From NCBI GenBank assembly GCA_017432665.1, contig JAFRIS010000032.1, positions 11,759 to 75,758 on the forward strand: a DNA stretch of 64,000 bases, in the 5' to 3' direction. Of this stretch, positions 44,459 to 54,646 are shown piece by piece (position 1 is the stretch's first letter; each line of letters starts with the position of its first letter). A model generated the notes under the pieces. That model saw only the letters and a program-made list of their open reading frames with translations. It was not told the DNA's origin and made no database searches. This stretch comes from Bacilli bacterium. Its GTDB lineage: Bacteria; Bacillota_I; Bacilli_A; RF39; UBA660. The position numbers and the translations under genes are program-made.

Positions 44459-46012
44459 ATGGAAGAAAATAACAAAGAAAACATTGAAGAAGTAAATGCT
44501 GAGCAATCAGTAGATGTTCAACCAGTTGAAGAAAATCAAGCGCCAGTTGAAGCTGCACCAGTTGAACCAGAAACAACACCAGTTGAATCTACACCAGTAG
44601 TAGAGGCAGCACCTGCTGCTACAGAAGCACAACCAGAAGGATCAGAACCAATGGTCGCAGAAGACAAGAAAGGAAATAAAGGACTTTTAGTTGGAGGAAT
44701 AATTTTAGCAATTCTTGCTATAGGATTCCTAGTAGTGTTCTTATTCCCTGGAATCTTAATAAGTAAGAAAGCAATTGTATCTAAAGAAGCAGGGTTGTTT
44801 TTCACAGAAGCAAGAAAAGTATTAGATAAAGCAGAAAAGAATACTTTAAAATATGATTTTGAAAAAGATGCAATAGGATTAAGTGGAAGTATTACATTTG
44901 ATTCAGATTATAAAGATAAAGATGTAGATTTAACTAAATTAAAAGATTATTCTATCTCATATAAAGGTGTAATTGATAAAAAGGGTAATCAAGCAAGTGT
45001 TGGATTAGGACTAGATGGAACAAAATCAATTGTTGATGCTAATGCAATGATGAAGGGTAAAGAAGTATTCATTAATTTAGGAGATTTATATAGTAAAACA
45101 CTATACACACAAACAGAGCAAGAAGTAAAAGACTTAGAAATAAGTAGTGTTACTGTTGATGATATTAGATTATTAGTTAATAAAACTGAAACAGTAATTA
45201 ATGAAAATATTAAGAATGAAGATATTACTCAAGAAAAAGTTAAACAAAATGCTAGTGGCAAAAAAGGTAATTTTACAAAGACAGCATATAAAGTAGATGT
45301 AAATGCTTACACTGAAAAACTAATTGAAGCATATAAGAGTGATTCAGAAGTAGTAGATGTATTAACTCGTCTATCTAACTCTACTGAAAAAGAAGTTAAA
45401 GCACAATTAGATGAAGCATTAAAAGAAGTAAAGAAAGCAGAAAAAAGTACATTTGATCTTAATATGTATTCTTCAGGATTAATGTCTAAATCAAAAGAAA
45501 TGGAAATAGTTGCTGATGGAGAAAAAATTATAATTGATGTAGAAGGAAAAGTATATAATTATAAAGCTGTAGATAGTAAAGGTAAAGAAATATTATCTGG
45601 TGTATATGATACTGCTAAACAAGAATTTTCATTTAAAGCAGAAGATGAAGGTGTAAAAGTAGAATATAGCATGAAGAGTGAAAATGATAATAAAATTACT
45701 GGTAAACTTTCAGCTGTTACTGGACAAGATGAAGTAGAAGCAACATTTGAAATTAGCAATAAGATTTCAGGTAAGAGTGCTGATACTGCTGTAACCGCTA
45801 CTGTTAATGTTAAGGGTAGTCAAAAGTTTAGTTTTAAAGTAAAAGCAGATTCTAAGACTACTGTAGGATCTAAAGTAGAAGATATTAGTACTAGTAACAC
45901 AGTAAGTATTGACAAATTGTCAGAACAAGATATGAATAATATTTATATGAAATTAATGCAAAAATTACAACCAATAATTATGGAAGTAGCTCCTGGAGCT
46001 TTTGCAAGTTAA
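44459..46012 (+). CDS. Single-pass membrane protein: acidic Pro/Glu/Val/Ala-rich N-terminus, TM, ~420-aa outside domain
   Basis: I prefer the ATG at 44459 (AAGGAG SD spacing). VEENQAPVEAAPVEPETTPVESTPVVEAAPAATEAQPEG, then LLVGGIILAILAIGFLVVFLF. Confidence 0.5.
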   Translation: MEENNKENIEEVNAEQSVDVQPVEENQAPVEAAPVEPETTPVESTPVVEAAPAATEAQPEGSEPMVAEDKKGNKGLLVGGIILAILAIGFLVVFLFPGILISKKAIVSKEAGLFFTEARKVLDKAEKNTLKYDFEKDAIGLSGSITFDSDYKDKDVDLTKLKDYSISYKGVIDKKGNQASVGLGLDGTKSIVDANAMMKGKEVFINLGDLYSKTLYTQTEQEVKDLEISSVTVDDIRLLVNKTETVINENIKNEDITQEKVKQNASGKKGNFTKTAYKVDVNAYTEKLIEAYKSDSEVVDVLTRLSNSTEKEVKAQLDEALKEVKKAEKSTFDLNMYSSGLMSKSKEMEIVADGEKIIIDVEGKVYNYKAVDSKGKEILSGVYDTAKQEFSFKAEDEGVKVEYSMKSENDNKITGKLSAVTGQDEVEATFEISNKISGKSADTAVTATVNVKGSQKFSFKVKADSKTTVGSKVEDISTSNTVSIDKLSEQDMNNIYMKLMQKLQPIIMEVAPGAFAS

Positions 46013-46020
46013 ATATAAAA

Positions 46021-46042
46021 AGTAGATTTTAATCTACTTTTT
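46021..46042 (+). terminator. Intrinsic terminator
   Basis: AGTAGAT-ttta-ATCTACT plus T run. Confidence 0.75.
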
Positions 46043-46068
46043 TTGTATAATGTTACCTAGGTGATTTT

Positions 46069-46914
46069 ATGAAGACATGTTTAGTTTTAGAAGGTGGAGG
46101 CTTAAGGGGTATATATAGTGCTGGAGTCTTAGATGAAATGTTTAAAGATAAAATTAAAGTAGATGCTATTATAGGTGTATCTATGGGAGCTTTAGTAGGT
46201 ATCAATTATAAGTCTAAACAACCGGAGAGAGCTATTAGATATAATTTAAGATATTGTGATGATAAAAGATATATTGGTCTTCGTAGTTTATTAAAAACAG
46301 GTAATATTGCTAATAAAGAATTTGCTTATTATAAAGTGCCCAATGAATTAGATAAATTTGATTATGAAACTTATAAAAAATCTAAAATTAAGATGTATAT
46401 TACTGCAACTAATATAGAAACAGGAGAAGCAGAGTATATAGAAGTAAAAGATGCTACTGATAACATTGAATATTTTAGAGCTAGTTCTTCAATACCGGGA
46501 GTGTCTAGAATAGTGGAAATAGGTGATAAAAAATACTTGGATGGAGGAATGGCTGATTCTATTCCGATCAAAAAAGCTTTGGAACTAGGATATGATAGAG
46601 TAATAGTTGTTTTAACTAGGCCAATAGAATATCGTAAAAAAGATTCTAAAATGAAATGGCTACAATCTCGTTATAAAAAATATCCTAAATTTCAAAAGTT
46701 AATAGCTACTAGAAATAAAAGATATAACGAACAAGTAGAAGAAATATTAAAGTTAGAAAAGAAAAACAAAATATTTTGTATAAGACCAAGTAGAAGTATA
46801 AAAATAGGCCGAATGGAAAAAGATGAAAGAACTATTTTAAAACAATATAATCTTGGCAAAGAAGATTACTTAAATAGAAAAAGTGATTTAAAAAAGTATT
46901 TAAAAAAGAAATAG
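46069..46914 (+). CDS. Patatin-like phospholipase
   Basis: GGGLRG oxyanion box, GVSMG (GxSxG), DGG catalytic Asp motif. Confidence 0.85.
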   Translation: MKTCLVLEGGGLRGIYSAGVLDEMFKDKIKVDAIIGVSMGALVGINYKSKQPERAIRYNLRYCDDKRYIGLRSLLKTGNIANKEFAYYKVPNELDKFDYETYKKSKIKMYITATNIETGEAEYIEVKDATDNIEYFRASSSIPGVSRIVEIGDKKYLDGGMADSIPIKKALELGYDRVIVVLTRPIEYRKKDSKMKWLQSRYKKYPKFQKLIATRNKRYNEQVEEILKLEKKNKIFCIRPSRSIKIGRMEKDERTILKQYNLGKEDYLNRKSDLKKYLKKK

Positions 46915-47050
46915 AAACATTTCTTTTTTATTTTTTATGGTGAACTTTTTTAATACATTTAAAATAGACAGTTTTTGTCTTGTTTTATCTATATTTTTAT
47001 TGTAAAAAAGTATGAAAACTGATATATTTATAATAGAAGGGATAGATGAT

Positions 47051-50008
47051 ATGAAAAGGAGTTTTAAATTATTTAGTTTAGTACTATTACTTGCTATTTT
47101 ATTTTTACCATTTAATGTAAATGCAGAAGAAGTAATACATTTTAATTTACCATCAGCACCAGTTGTTGGTGAAACGGCTTCTACTATAGCAAGTAATCAA
47201 TATATTGATGTTGAAGACCAATATTGGGTTAATTTTTCAGAACATAGATTAATGACTGCTAACGAAACATTCGCCGCTGATAAAGTTTATGGTTATTTTA
47301 TTAATTATTCTTTAAAAGATAACATCGAGTATGATTGGTTTACAGATTTGGTTTTGAATCCGTATTGTTATGAATCATTAGATGTTGATAACGATGGAGA
47401 TAAACATGCAGAAGCATATTTTTATATGGGTAAGATTAGTGAAGCATTAGGTCCTACTGATGCTGATAAATATCAAATTGATATTGATGCACCAGAATTG
47501 GGAGAGACTCAACCACTTGCTAGAACAAATAGTAAATATACTATCCTTGATCAAGCATGGGAAAATGTAACAGATGATCATCCAATGCGAACAGAAGAAG
47601 AGTTTGAAGAAAATAAGTGGTACAAATATACGATTACAGTTAAATCATTTTATTTTGCGGATGGTACTGATGTGTTTAGAGCATTTAATGGTGCAGGGGA
47701 TGCATATTTAGGAATGGATCAACGAGACTCTAAGTATGATGTGGCTCCTAAGACAATTAATGGATATTTCTATTTTGGTGATACATCTGGTTTCTTAATT
47801 AGTACATCAGATGTAATAATTAGAGAAGATCATCCACCAGTAATTGGAGGAATATTAACAGTGCCACAAATGGCTCTTACCGGTACTGTGGAAGCTTCTG
47901 CCAAGTGGGAAGTTCTTGAGGGCGATGAATTTGTCGATGCTGAAGTAAATGAAGAAGTAGTAGCAGGAAAAACATATAGATTTGTTTTAGAATTAATTGC
48001 TGCTCCCGGTTATCATTTTGCCGATGATTTTGAAGTGTTAGATGAAAATAGAAATGCAAATTTTGTTGATAGAGAAGGTCACATTGAAGAAGGAAATAAA
48101 TATATATACACTTCAACATTTGTAATTTTACCTGAAGGATCAACGATTGGTATTGTTGGTGATGACCTTATTTATCCGGGAGAAACAACACAATTAACAG
48201 TTTTCCCAACTAATGATGTTAATGCTAATGTAACATGGTCAAGTAGTAATAACGCAGTCGCAACAGTAGATCAACAAGGAAATGTTACTGGTGTTGCTTC
48301 TGGTACAGTATATATTACTGCAACAAATAGTATTAATGATTTTACTACTTTTGAAATGACTATTGGAGTACCAGTTGAAGATATTGAAGTACAATCTAGT
48401 GAAATAACATTGTATGTTGGTGATTCTCAACAATTGAAGGCTGCGGTTTTACCAGATGAGGCTACTAATCAAGGTATTAGTTGGGAATTAGATTTAGATT
48501 TAGGTCATCAATATGGAGATGATTACAATCCTGATGCTGCTATATTAGTGGGAGATCGCATATATGCTCAGGAAGAAGGTGTAATTAAAGTCTTTGCTAT
48601 CGCTGACTATGATGATAGTATTAGAGTACCAGTAACAATTACTGTTATTCCTAGACCAATTGATGTAGAAAGTGTATCTTTTGAACGAAATAGATTTGAA
48701 ATATATGAAGGTGAAAGTGTAGTTTTATCACCAATAGTACTTCCAGAAAATGCTACTGATAAAACATTAGCTTGGAGTTTTGAAGGAACTAGTTATGTTA
48801 GTTTTAATCCAAGTACTTTAACTGCTACAGGAATAAAAGAAGGTACTGGTCGTATAATTGCTAGATCAGTTAATAATATAACTGCTACATGTACTGTGAT
48901 TGTTAAGAAGAGACCACCTGAAGCAGAGGAAATAACTTTCCAAGATCAAACATTAGAACTTGGAGTAGGAGAAACAAAAACATTAACAGTAAATATTGTT
49001 CCAGAAAATGCATTAGTTGAATCTATTACTTGGTCAAGTGCTGATTCTACTATTGTTTCAGTAACCGATGCAGGTGTTATTGAGGCATTAAAAGAAGGAA
49101 CAACTACAATAAAAGCTAGAACAAATAAAGGATTAGAAGCAACATGTACTGTAACAGTATCTAATATTGTAGCAGTTACTAAAATAAGACTAAATAAAGA
49201 AGAAACAACTTTAACAGTAGGTGAAAGTGAAACGTTAACTGCTACACTTACACCAAGTAATGCAACTGATAAAACAGTTATTTGGACATCTGATCATCCA
49301 GAAATTGTTACAGTTAATAACGGAGGAAAAATCACAGCTGTTAAAGCTGGAACAGCTATGATTGTCGCTGAAGCATCTAATGGAAAGAAAGCTACTTGCT
49401 TTGTAACAGTAAAATCAGCAGCACCAGTTCAAGAAATTAGTTTTCCAGATGTTTCTAAAAGCAGTTGGTATTATGAAACAATAAAAACAGCTTATAACAA
49501 AGGAATAATTGCAGGGTATGCATCTGGTGAGTTTGGACCAAACGATAAAATTACAAGAGGACAATTAGTAACGCTTCTTTGGAGATTAGATGGAAGTCCA
49601 AGTGCAGCATCATATTCTAATAAATTTAGTGATGTAAATGTAAGTCAATATTATGGAGCTGCAGTAAAATGGGCGGCAGCAAAAGATATTGTACATGGTT
49701 ATGGTACTGCAGCTGGTAAGTTCGGACCGAACAATTATATAGTTAGACAAGATTTAGCAATTATCTTATATAACTATGCAAGATATAAAGGATTAGATTT
49801 AACTGCTAGTGGTAATCTGTCTGGGTTTGCTGATTACAATAAAGTAAAAGGAAATTATTCAGAAGCAGCATTTAAATGGGCTGTTAAATATAACATAATA
49901 AGCGGTAAAAATATTAAGAATAAGAAATATTTAGAGCCGGGAAGTAATACAACTCGTGCAGAAGCAGCAGCTATGATAGTCAATTTTGCAAATGCATTTG
50001 ACATATAG
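47051..50008 (+). CDS. SLH-anchored surface protein: 3x novel N-terminal module + 5 Big_2 domains + 3 SLH domains
   Basis: I prefer the start at 47051 (MKRSFKLFSLVLLLAILFLPFNVNA signal). Big_2 pattern ..TWSSSNNAVATVDQQGNVTGVASGTVYITAT. SLH pattern FPDVSKSSWYYETIKTAYNKGIIAGY..FGPNDKITRGQ. Confidence 0.85.
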   Translation: MKRSFKLFSLVLLLAILFLPFNVNAEEVIHFNLPSAPVVGETASTIASNQYIDVEDQYWVNFSEHRLMTANETFAADKVYGYFINYSLKDNIEYDWFTDLVLNPYCYESLDVDNDGDKHAEAYFYMGKISEALGPTDADKYQIDIDAPELGETQPLARTNSKYTILDQAWENVTDDHPMRTEEEFEENKWYKYTITVKSFYFADGTDVFRAFNGAGDAYLGMDQRDSKYDVAPKTINGYFYFGDTSGFLISTSDVIIREDHPPVIGGILTVPQMALTGTVEASAKWEVLEGDEFVDAEVNEEVVAGKTYRFVLELIAAPGYHFADDFEVLDENRNANFVDREGHIEEGNKYIYTSTFVILPEGSTIGIVGDDLIYPGETTQLTVFPTNDVNANVTWSSSNNAVATVDQQGNVTGVASGTVYITATNSINDFTTFEMTIGVPVEDIEVQSSEITLYVGDSQQLKAAVLPDEATNQGISWELDLDLGHQYGDDYNPDAAILVGDRIYAQEEGVIKVFAIADYDDSIRVPVTITVIPRPIDVESVSFERNRFEIYEGESVVLSPIVLPENATDKTLAWSFEGTSYVSFNPSTLTATGIKEGTGRIIARSVNNITATCTVIVKKRPPEAEEITFQDQTLELGVGETKTLTVNIVPENALVESITWSSADSTIVSVTDAGVIEALKEGTTTIKARTNKGLEATCTVTVSNIVAVTKIRLNKEETTLTVGESETLTATLTPSNATDKTVIWTSDHPEIVTVNNGGKITAVKAGTAMIVAEASNGKKATCFVTVKSAAPVQEISFPDVSKSSWYYETIKTAYNKGIIAGYASGEFGPNDKITRGQLVTLLWRLDGSPSAASYSNKFSDVNVSQYYGAAVKWAAAKDIVHGYGTAAGKFGPNNYIVRQDLAIILYNYARYKGLDLTASGNLSGFADYNKVKGNYSEAAFKWAVKYNIISGKNIKNKKYLEPGSNTTRAEAAAMIVNFANAFDI

Positions 50009-50032
50009 AACCAATAAATTGGTTCTTTTTTC
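49169..50032 (+). repeat. Paralogous 3' block, copy A (last Big_2 + SLH triplet + terminator)
   Basis: Collinear with 53735-54597. 51-nt identical run 49462-49512 = 54035-54085. Same AGAACCA..TGGTTCT terminator. Confidence 0.85.
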
Positions 50033-50090
50033 TTTTTTAAATTGTATAAATAAAAAAAAATTGTTATATTTATAATAGAGGGATGATGTT

Positions 50091-53000
50091 ATGAAAAAAT
50101 ATTTTAAACTATTATACTTGATATTATTAACAGCATTAATCTTACCATTTGGGGTAAGAGCAATAGGGGAAGGAGGAGCTGGAGAAGCACTTTATTTAAC
50201 GTTGCCATCTGCACCAGAAATTGGTCAAGCACCAACAATATTTGCTGGGCATGAAGGAATAACAGTTCTTAGTGATCGATGGATAAATGTCACTGAACAT
50301 AGAGAAATGTTAAACAATGAAACGTTTGCAGCTGATAAAGAATACGCTTATATTGTAAATTATATTAACAATACTAATTTAACTGAGTATTGGTTTGCAG
50401 ATATACAGGAAAATTCTTCTTATTGTATAGGAAACAATATATATGATCCTCCAACAACTTTGTATCCTAATGAAAAAATGGCAATAGTAAGGTTCTATAT
50501 GGGTGATTTCAATGATATGCCAGCACCTACTGAAGATGATTATTACTATATAGATATTGATACTCCTGAATTAGGAGAACAAGCACCTTTAGCTAGGAAT
50601 AATAGTAAATATACTATTGTCAGTCAATCTTGGAAGAATATAACAGATAATCGTGATATGACTAGTAGTGATGTCTTTGAAGAAGATAAATACTATGTAT
50701 ATACAATTAATGTACAATCCTATTATGTTGCTCCTCATAGTATTGATTCACTTTTTGATAGTGAATACTGTAAAGGATTAAGATTTACTGGAGAAATACC
50801 ATATTCAGAAACAATTAATGGATATTTCTATTTTGGCGATGATGAATCTAATTTAGTAATAAATACAGGAGATGTAGTTATTAATCAATCAAATCCACCA
50901 GTCGCAGGAGAAACATTATCTATGCCTAATGTTACTGTTGCTGATACTGTAATATCTCATGGTGAATGGTCAGTTAAAGATGGGGAGTATTTCAATTATC
51001 TTTCTGAATTACCTGAGGTAGAAGTTGGTAAAGTATATAGATATGTATTAAATTTGGAACCATTATTTGGATATCATTTTGCTGATGATTTTAAAGTGAT
51101 TGATAATAATAAAAATATTAATTGGATAAGATCTGATTACAGTACATATGATTATAATGATACATTTACATATGAATCATTATTTAGTCCATTACCAGAA
51201 GGAACCAGTATGGCAATTTATGGTGATGAACTTATTTGGCCAGGATATACAACTACAGTATCTGTTTATCCTGTTAATGATGCAAATGCTAATATAACAT
51301 GGTCAAGTAGTAATCAAAATATAGCCACAGTAGATCAAGATGGAATTGTAGAAGGTATAGCTCCTGGGAACGTAACAATTACTGCAACTAATAGTCTTAA
51401 TGAATCAACTACATTTGATATAACAGTTGGTATACCGATTGAATCAATAGAAGTACAAACAAATGAAATAACTATGTATCCTGGAGATAGTCAACCTCTA
51501 AGATATGCAGTAGAACCAGAAAATGCTACTTACCAAGAAGTACAATGGCAGCCTGACATGCCTAATGATGAAGATGGTGATGATTATAATCCATATGCCG
51601 CTTGGGTAAATGATGAAGGAGTATTATATGCTTCGGAAATAGGAACAGTTAGAATTATAGGTCAATCACCAGATCCCGAACAAGCAAGTGCAACAGTATT
51701 AGTTCATGTTGTTGCAAGACCAATTGAAAGTATGGAATTCGCAGAAGGAGATAGCATAACTAGATATGTAGATACAACATCTGATTTACCTCTAAATGTT
51801 ACTCCAGCAAATGCTACTATTACAGGAATTACTTATGAAAGTAGTGATCCAACTGTAGCGATAGTCAATGAAGATGGGGAAATAGTTACTAAGGCATTAG
51901 GAACTACAACAATAACTGCAACAGCACCAAGTGGAGCAACTGCAACATGTACAGTAACTGTTATTGAAGATGATCCAGTAGAAATAACATCAATTACATT
52001 GGATAAAACAGAAATGACCTTAGTAGTGGGAGAAAGTGACTTTTTAGGATTTACATATGAACCAAGTGAAGCTGCAATATTTGCTTCATATACAAGTAGT
52101 AATCCTAGTGTAGCTACTGCAGATCCTAGTGGAGAAATAGTAGCGGTAAGTCCAGGAACAGCTATTGTTACAGTGTCTTCTGGAAATGTTTCAGCAACAT
52201 GTACAGTAACGGTGGTACCACAATTAACTGGAATTGAATTAAATAAAGCAACGCTTACATTAACTGAAGGTGAAAGTGAAACATTAGTAGTTTCTCCAAT
52301 CCCAAGTGGAGCAAACGTTCCACCTGCTGTTTGGACAAGCAGTGATCCTAGTGTATTTACTGCTGATGAAACTGGTTTAATAGTAGCTAATCATCCAGGA
52401 ACAGCTACATTAACTGTATCAGTTGGAAATAATATTTCAACAACATGTACAGTAACAGTACTATCTTCAGAAGTACAAGCAACAGGAATTACATTAAATA
52501 AAACAACTCTTACTTTAGAAGAAGGAGATATTGAAACATTAGTAGCTACAGTTATACCTGCTAATGCAACAAATAAAACTGTAACATGGACAAGTAATGA
52601 TCCAAGTATAGCTAGTGTAGATAGTAATGGATTAGTAACTGCTAGAGAAGATGGAACAGCTACTATAATTGCTAGAACTAATAATGGATTCACTGCCACA
52701 TGTGAAGTAACAGTACTTGATTATATATCAGTAAGAGATATTGAATTAAATAAAACAGCTATTACACTAGAAGTAAATGAGACTGAGACATTAGTGGCAA
52801 CTATTACTCCAGATGATGCAACCGATCAAACAATTAGATGGAGTTCTTCTAATGAGAATGTTGCTACTGTAGAAGATGGAACAGTAACAGCAGTTGGTGC
52901 TGGAACAGCAACTATTACGGTTACTTCAATTAATGGTTTAGAGGCAACATGCCAAGTAACAGTACCAGAACCTTATATAGAAGTAGAAGGTATTACTTTA

Positions 53001-54575
53001 AGTGAAACAGAATTAGACTTAGAAGAAGGAGAAACAGCAACACTATCTGCAACAATTACACCAAGTAATGCAACAAATAAGGCGGTTGAATGGACTTCTT
53101 CAAATGAAAATGTTGCTACTGTAGAAGATGGAGTAGTAACAGCAGTTAGCGCAGGAACAGTAATAATAACTGCTACGACAGTTAATGGTTTAGAAGCAAC
53201 ATGTCAAGTAACAGTATCCGAAGCTTATGTAGCAGTGGAAGAAATCACATTGAATAAAACGACACTTACCTTGGAAGAGGGGGCAACAGAAACATTAACT
53301 GCTACAATTACACCAAGTAATGCAACTGATAAAGAAGTTAGATGGACATCATCAAATGAAGATGTAGTGACTGTTGCAAATGGATTAGTAACAGCTATTA
53401 ATGAAGGAACTGCTACAATTACTGCTACAGCAAGCAATGGCTTAGAAGCAATATGCGAAGTAACAGTATTTGAACCTGTAATAGAGGTTACAGGAATATC
53501 ATTAAATAAAAATAGTCTTACATTAAGAACAGATGAAAACGAATATTTGGTTGCAACACTTACACCAAGTAATGCAACTGATAAAACAGTTACTTGGACA
53601 ACATCAAATGAAGAAGTTGCTGCTGTTAACAGTAATGGTAGAGTAATTGCTGTTGCAGAAGGAACAGCTATAATAACAGCTAGAACAAGCAATGGACTAG
53701 AAGCAACATGTACTGTAACAGTCTCTGATACAATAGTTGTAACTAAAATAAAATTAAATAAAGAAGAGACAACTTTAACTGAAGGAGAAAGTGAAACATT
53801 AACTGCTACACTTACACCAAGTAATGCAACTGATAAAACAGTTACTTGGACGTCTAATCATCCAGAGATAGCTACAGTTGATAATGCTGGTAAAATAACT
53901 GCTGTTAAAGCTGGAACAACTATGATTATTGCTCAAGCATCTAGTGGTAAAAAAGCAACTTGCTTTGTAACAGTAAAACCAGAAGAATCAGAAGAACCAA
54001 CATCAGAAGTAACTTTCCCAGATGTATCTAAAAACAGTTGGTATTATGAAACAATAAAAACAGCTTATAACAAAGGAATAATTGCTGGATATGCATCTGG
54101 TAAGTTTGGACCAAATGATAAAATAACTAGAGGACAATTAGTAACACTTCTATGGAGATTGGATGGAAGTCCAAGTAGTATGTCATATTCTAATAAATTT
54201 AGTGATGTAAATGAAAGTCAATATTATGGAGCTGCAGTAAAATGGGCAGCAGCAAAAGATATTGTTCATGGATATAATGCAACTAAGTTTGGACCTAATA
54301 ATCCAATAATTAGACAAGATTTAGCAGTTATTATAAATAACTATGCAAGATATAAAGGATTAGAAAGTACTGGAGATAAAGATTTATCTGAATTTGCAGA
54401 TTGCAGTAAAGTAAAAGGCAATTACTCAGAACCAGCACTTAAGTGGGCAGTACAGTACAAAGTAATGAGTGGTAAAAATATTAAGAACAAGAAATATTTA
54501 GAACCAGGAAGTAATACAACTCGTGCAGAAGCAGCTGCTATGATAGTAAACTTTGTAAATGCATTTGACATATAG
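50091..54575 (+). CDS. SLH-anchored surface protein, paralog of the previous gene: 3x N-terminal module + 11 Big_2 domains + 3 SLH domains
   Basis: Same architecture read from the translation. 11 units ending ..ATC.VTV. before the SLH triplet. Confidence 0.85.
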   Translation: MKKYFKLLYLILLTALILPFGVRAIGEGGAGEALYLTLPSAPEIGQAPTIFAGHEGITVLSDRWINVTEHREMLNNETFAADKEYAYIVNYINNTNLTEYWFADIQENSSYCIGNNIYDPPTTLYPNEKMAIVRFYMGDFNDMPAPTEDDYYYIDIDTPELGEQAPLARNNSKYTIVSQSWKNITDNRDMTSSDVFEEDKYYVYTINVQSYYVAPHSIDSLFDSEYCKGLRFTGEIPYSETINGYFYFGDDESNLVINTGDVVINQSNPPVAGETLSMPNVTVADTVISHGEWSVKDGEYFNYLSELPEVEVGKVYRYVLNLEPLFGYHFADDFKVIDNNKNINWIRSDYSTYDYNDTFTYESLFSPLPEGTSMAIYGDELIWPGYTTTVSVYPVNDANANITWSSSNQNIATVDQDGIVEGIAPGNVTITATNSLNESTTFDITVGIPIESIEVQTNEITMYPGDSQPLRYAVEPENATYQEVQWQPDMPNDEDGDDYNPYAAWVNDEGVLYASEIGTVRIIGQSPDPEQASATVLVHVVARPIESMEFAEGDSITRYVDTTSDLPLNVTPANATITGITYESSDPTVAIVNEDGEIVTKALGTTTITATAPSGATATCTVTVIEDDPVEITSITLDKTEMTLVVGESDFLGFTYEPSEAAIFASYTSSNPSVATADPSGEIVAVSPGTAIVTVSSGNVSATCTVTVVPQLTGIELNKATLTLTEGESETLVVSPIPSGANVPPAVWTSSDPSVFTADETGLIVANHPGTATLTVSVGNNISTTCTVTVLSSEVQATGITLNKTTLTLEEGDIETLVATVIPANATNKTVTWTSNDPSIASVDSNGLVTAREDGTATIIARTNNGFTATCEVTVLDYISVRDIELNKTAITLEVNETETLVATITPDDATDQTIRWSSSNENVATVEDGTVTAVGAGTATITVTSINGLEATCQVTVPEPYIEVEGITLSETELDLEEGETATLSATITPSNATNKAVEWTSSNENVATVEDGVVTAVSAGTVIITATTVNGLEATCQVTVSEAYVAVEEITLNKTTLTLEEGATETLTATITPSNATDKEVRWTSSNEDVVTVANGLVTAINEGTATITATASNGLEAICEVTVFEPVIEVTGISLNKNSLTLRTDENEYLVATLTPSNATDKTVTWTTSNEEVAAVNSNGRVIAVAEGTAIITARTSNGLEATCTVTVSDTIVVTKIKLNKEETTLTEGESETLTATLTPSNATDKTVTWTSNHPEIATVDNAGKITAVKAGTTMIIAQASSGKKATCFVTVKPEESEEPTSEVTFPDVSKNSWYYETIKTAYNKGIIAGYASGKFGPNDKITRGQLVTLLWRLDGSPSSMSYSNKFSDVNESQYYGAAVKWAAAKDIVHGYNATKFGPNNPIIRQDLAVIINNYARYKGLESTGDKDLSEFADCSKVKGNYSEPALKWAVQYKVMSGKNIKNKKYLEPGSNTTRAEAAAMIVNFVNAFDI
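51981..53980 (+). repeat. In-frame tandem array of 8 Big_2-coding units (~250 nt each)
   Basis: Units each start I(T/E)L(N/D/S)K..L.L.EGE.ETL and end ATC.VTV. This explains the long antisense ORFs at 52391-52699 and 53225-53692. Confidence 0.85.
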
Positions 54576-54597
54576 AACCAAGAAATTGGTTCTTTTT
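53735..54597 (+). repeat. Paralogous 3' block, copy B
   Basis: See copy A. Confidence 0.85.
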
Positions 54598-54646
54598 CTT
54601 GGTCTTTTTGATATAATTATATTAGATATAATAAAGGAGTTGTCTT

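Noticed and set aside
17457-47050. Longer N-terminal extensions given by the ORF track (17457, 21317, 23776, 27838 on the minus strand, 47012, 8715, 4475).
   Set aside because: In each case an internal ATG has a properly spaced GGTGAT/AGGAG SD and yields the conserved or signal-peptide N-terminus. The extensions start inside promoters or terminators, or use TTG/GTG without an SD.
51981-53980. A regular ~250-nt periodic repeat that might be taken for a satellite or CRISPR-like array.
   Set aside because: The repeats are in frame and encode complete Big_2 domains within one 1494-codon ORF. There are no short conserved repeats with unique spacers, and no cas genes.
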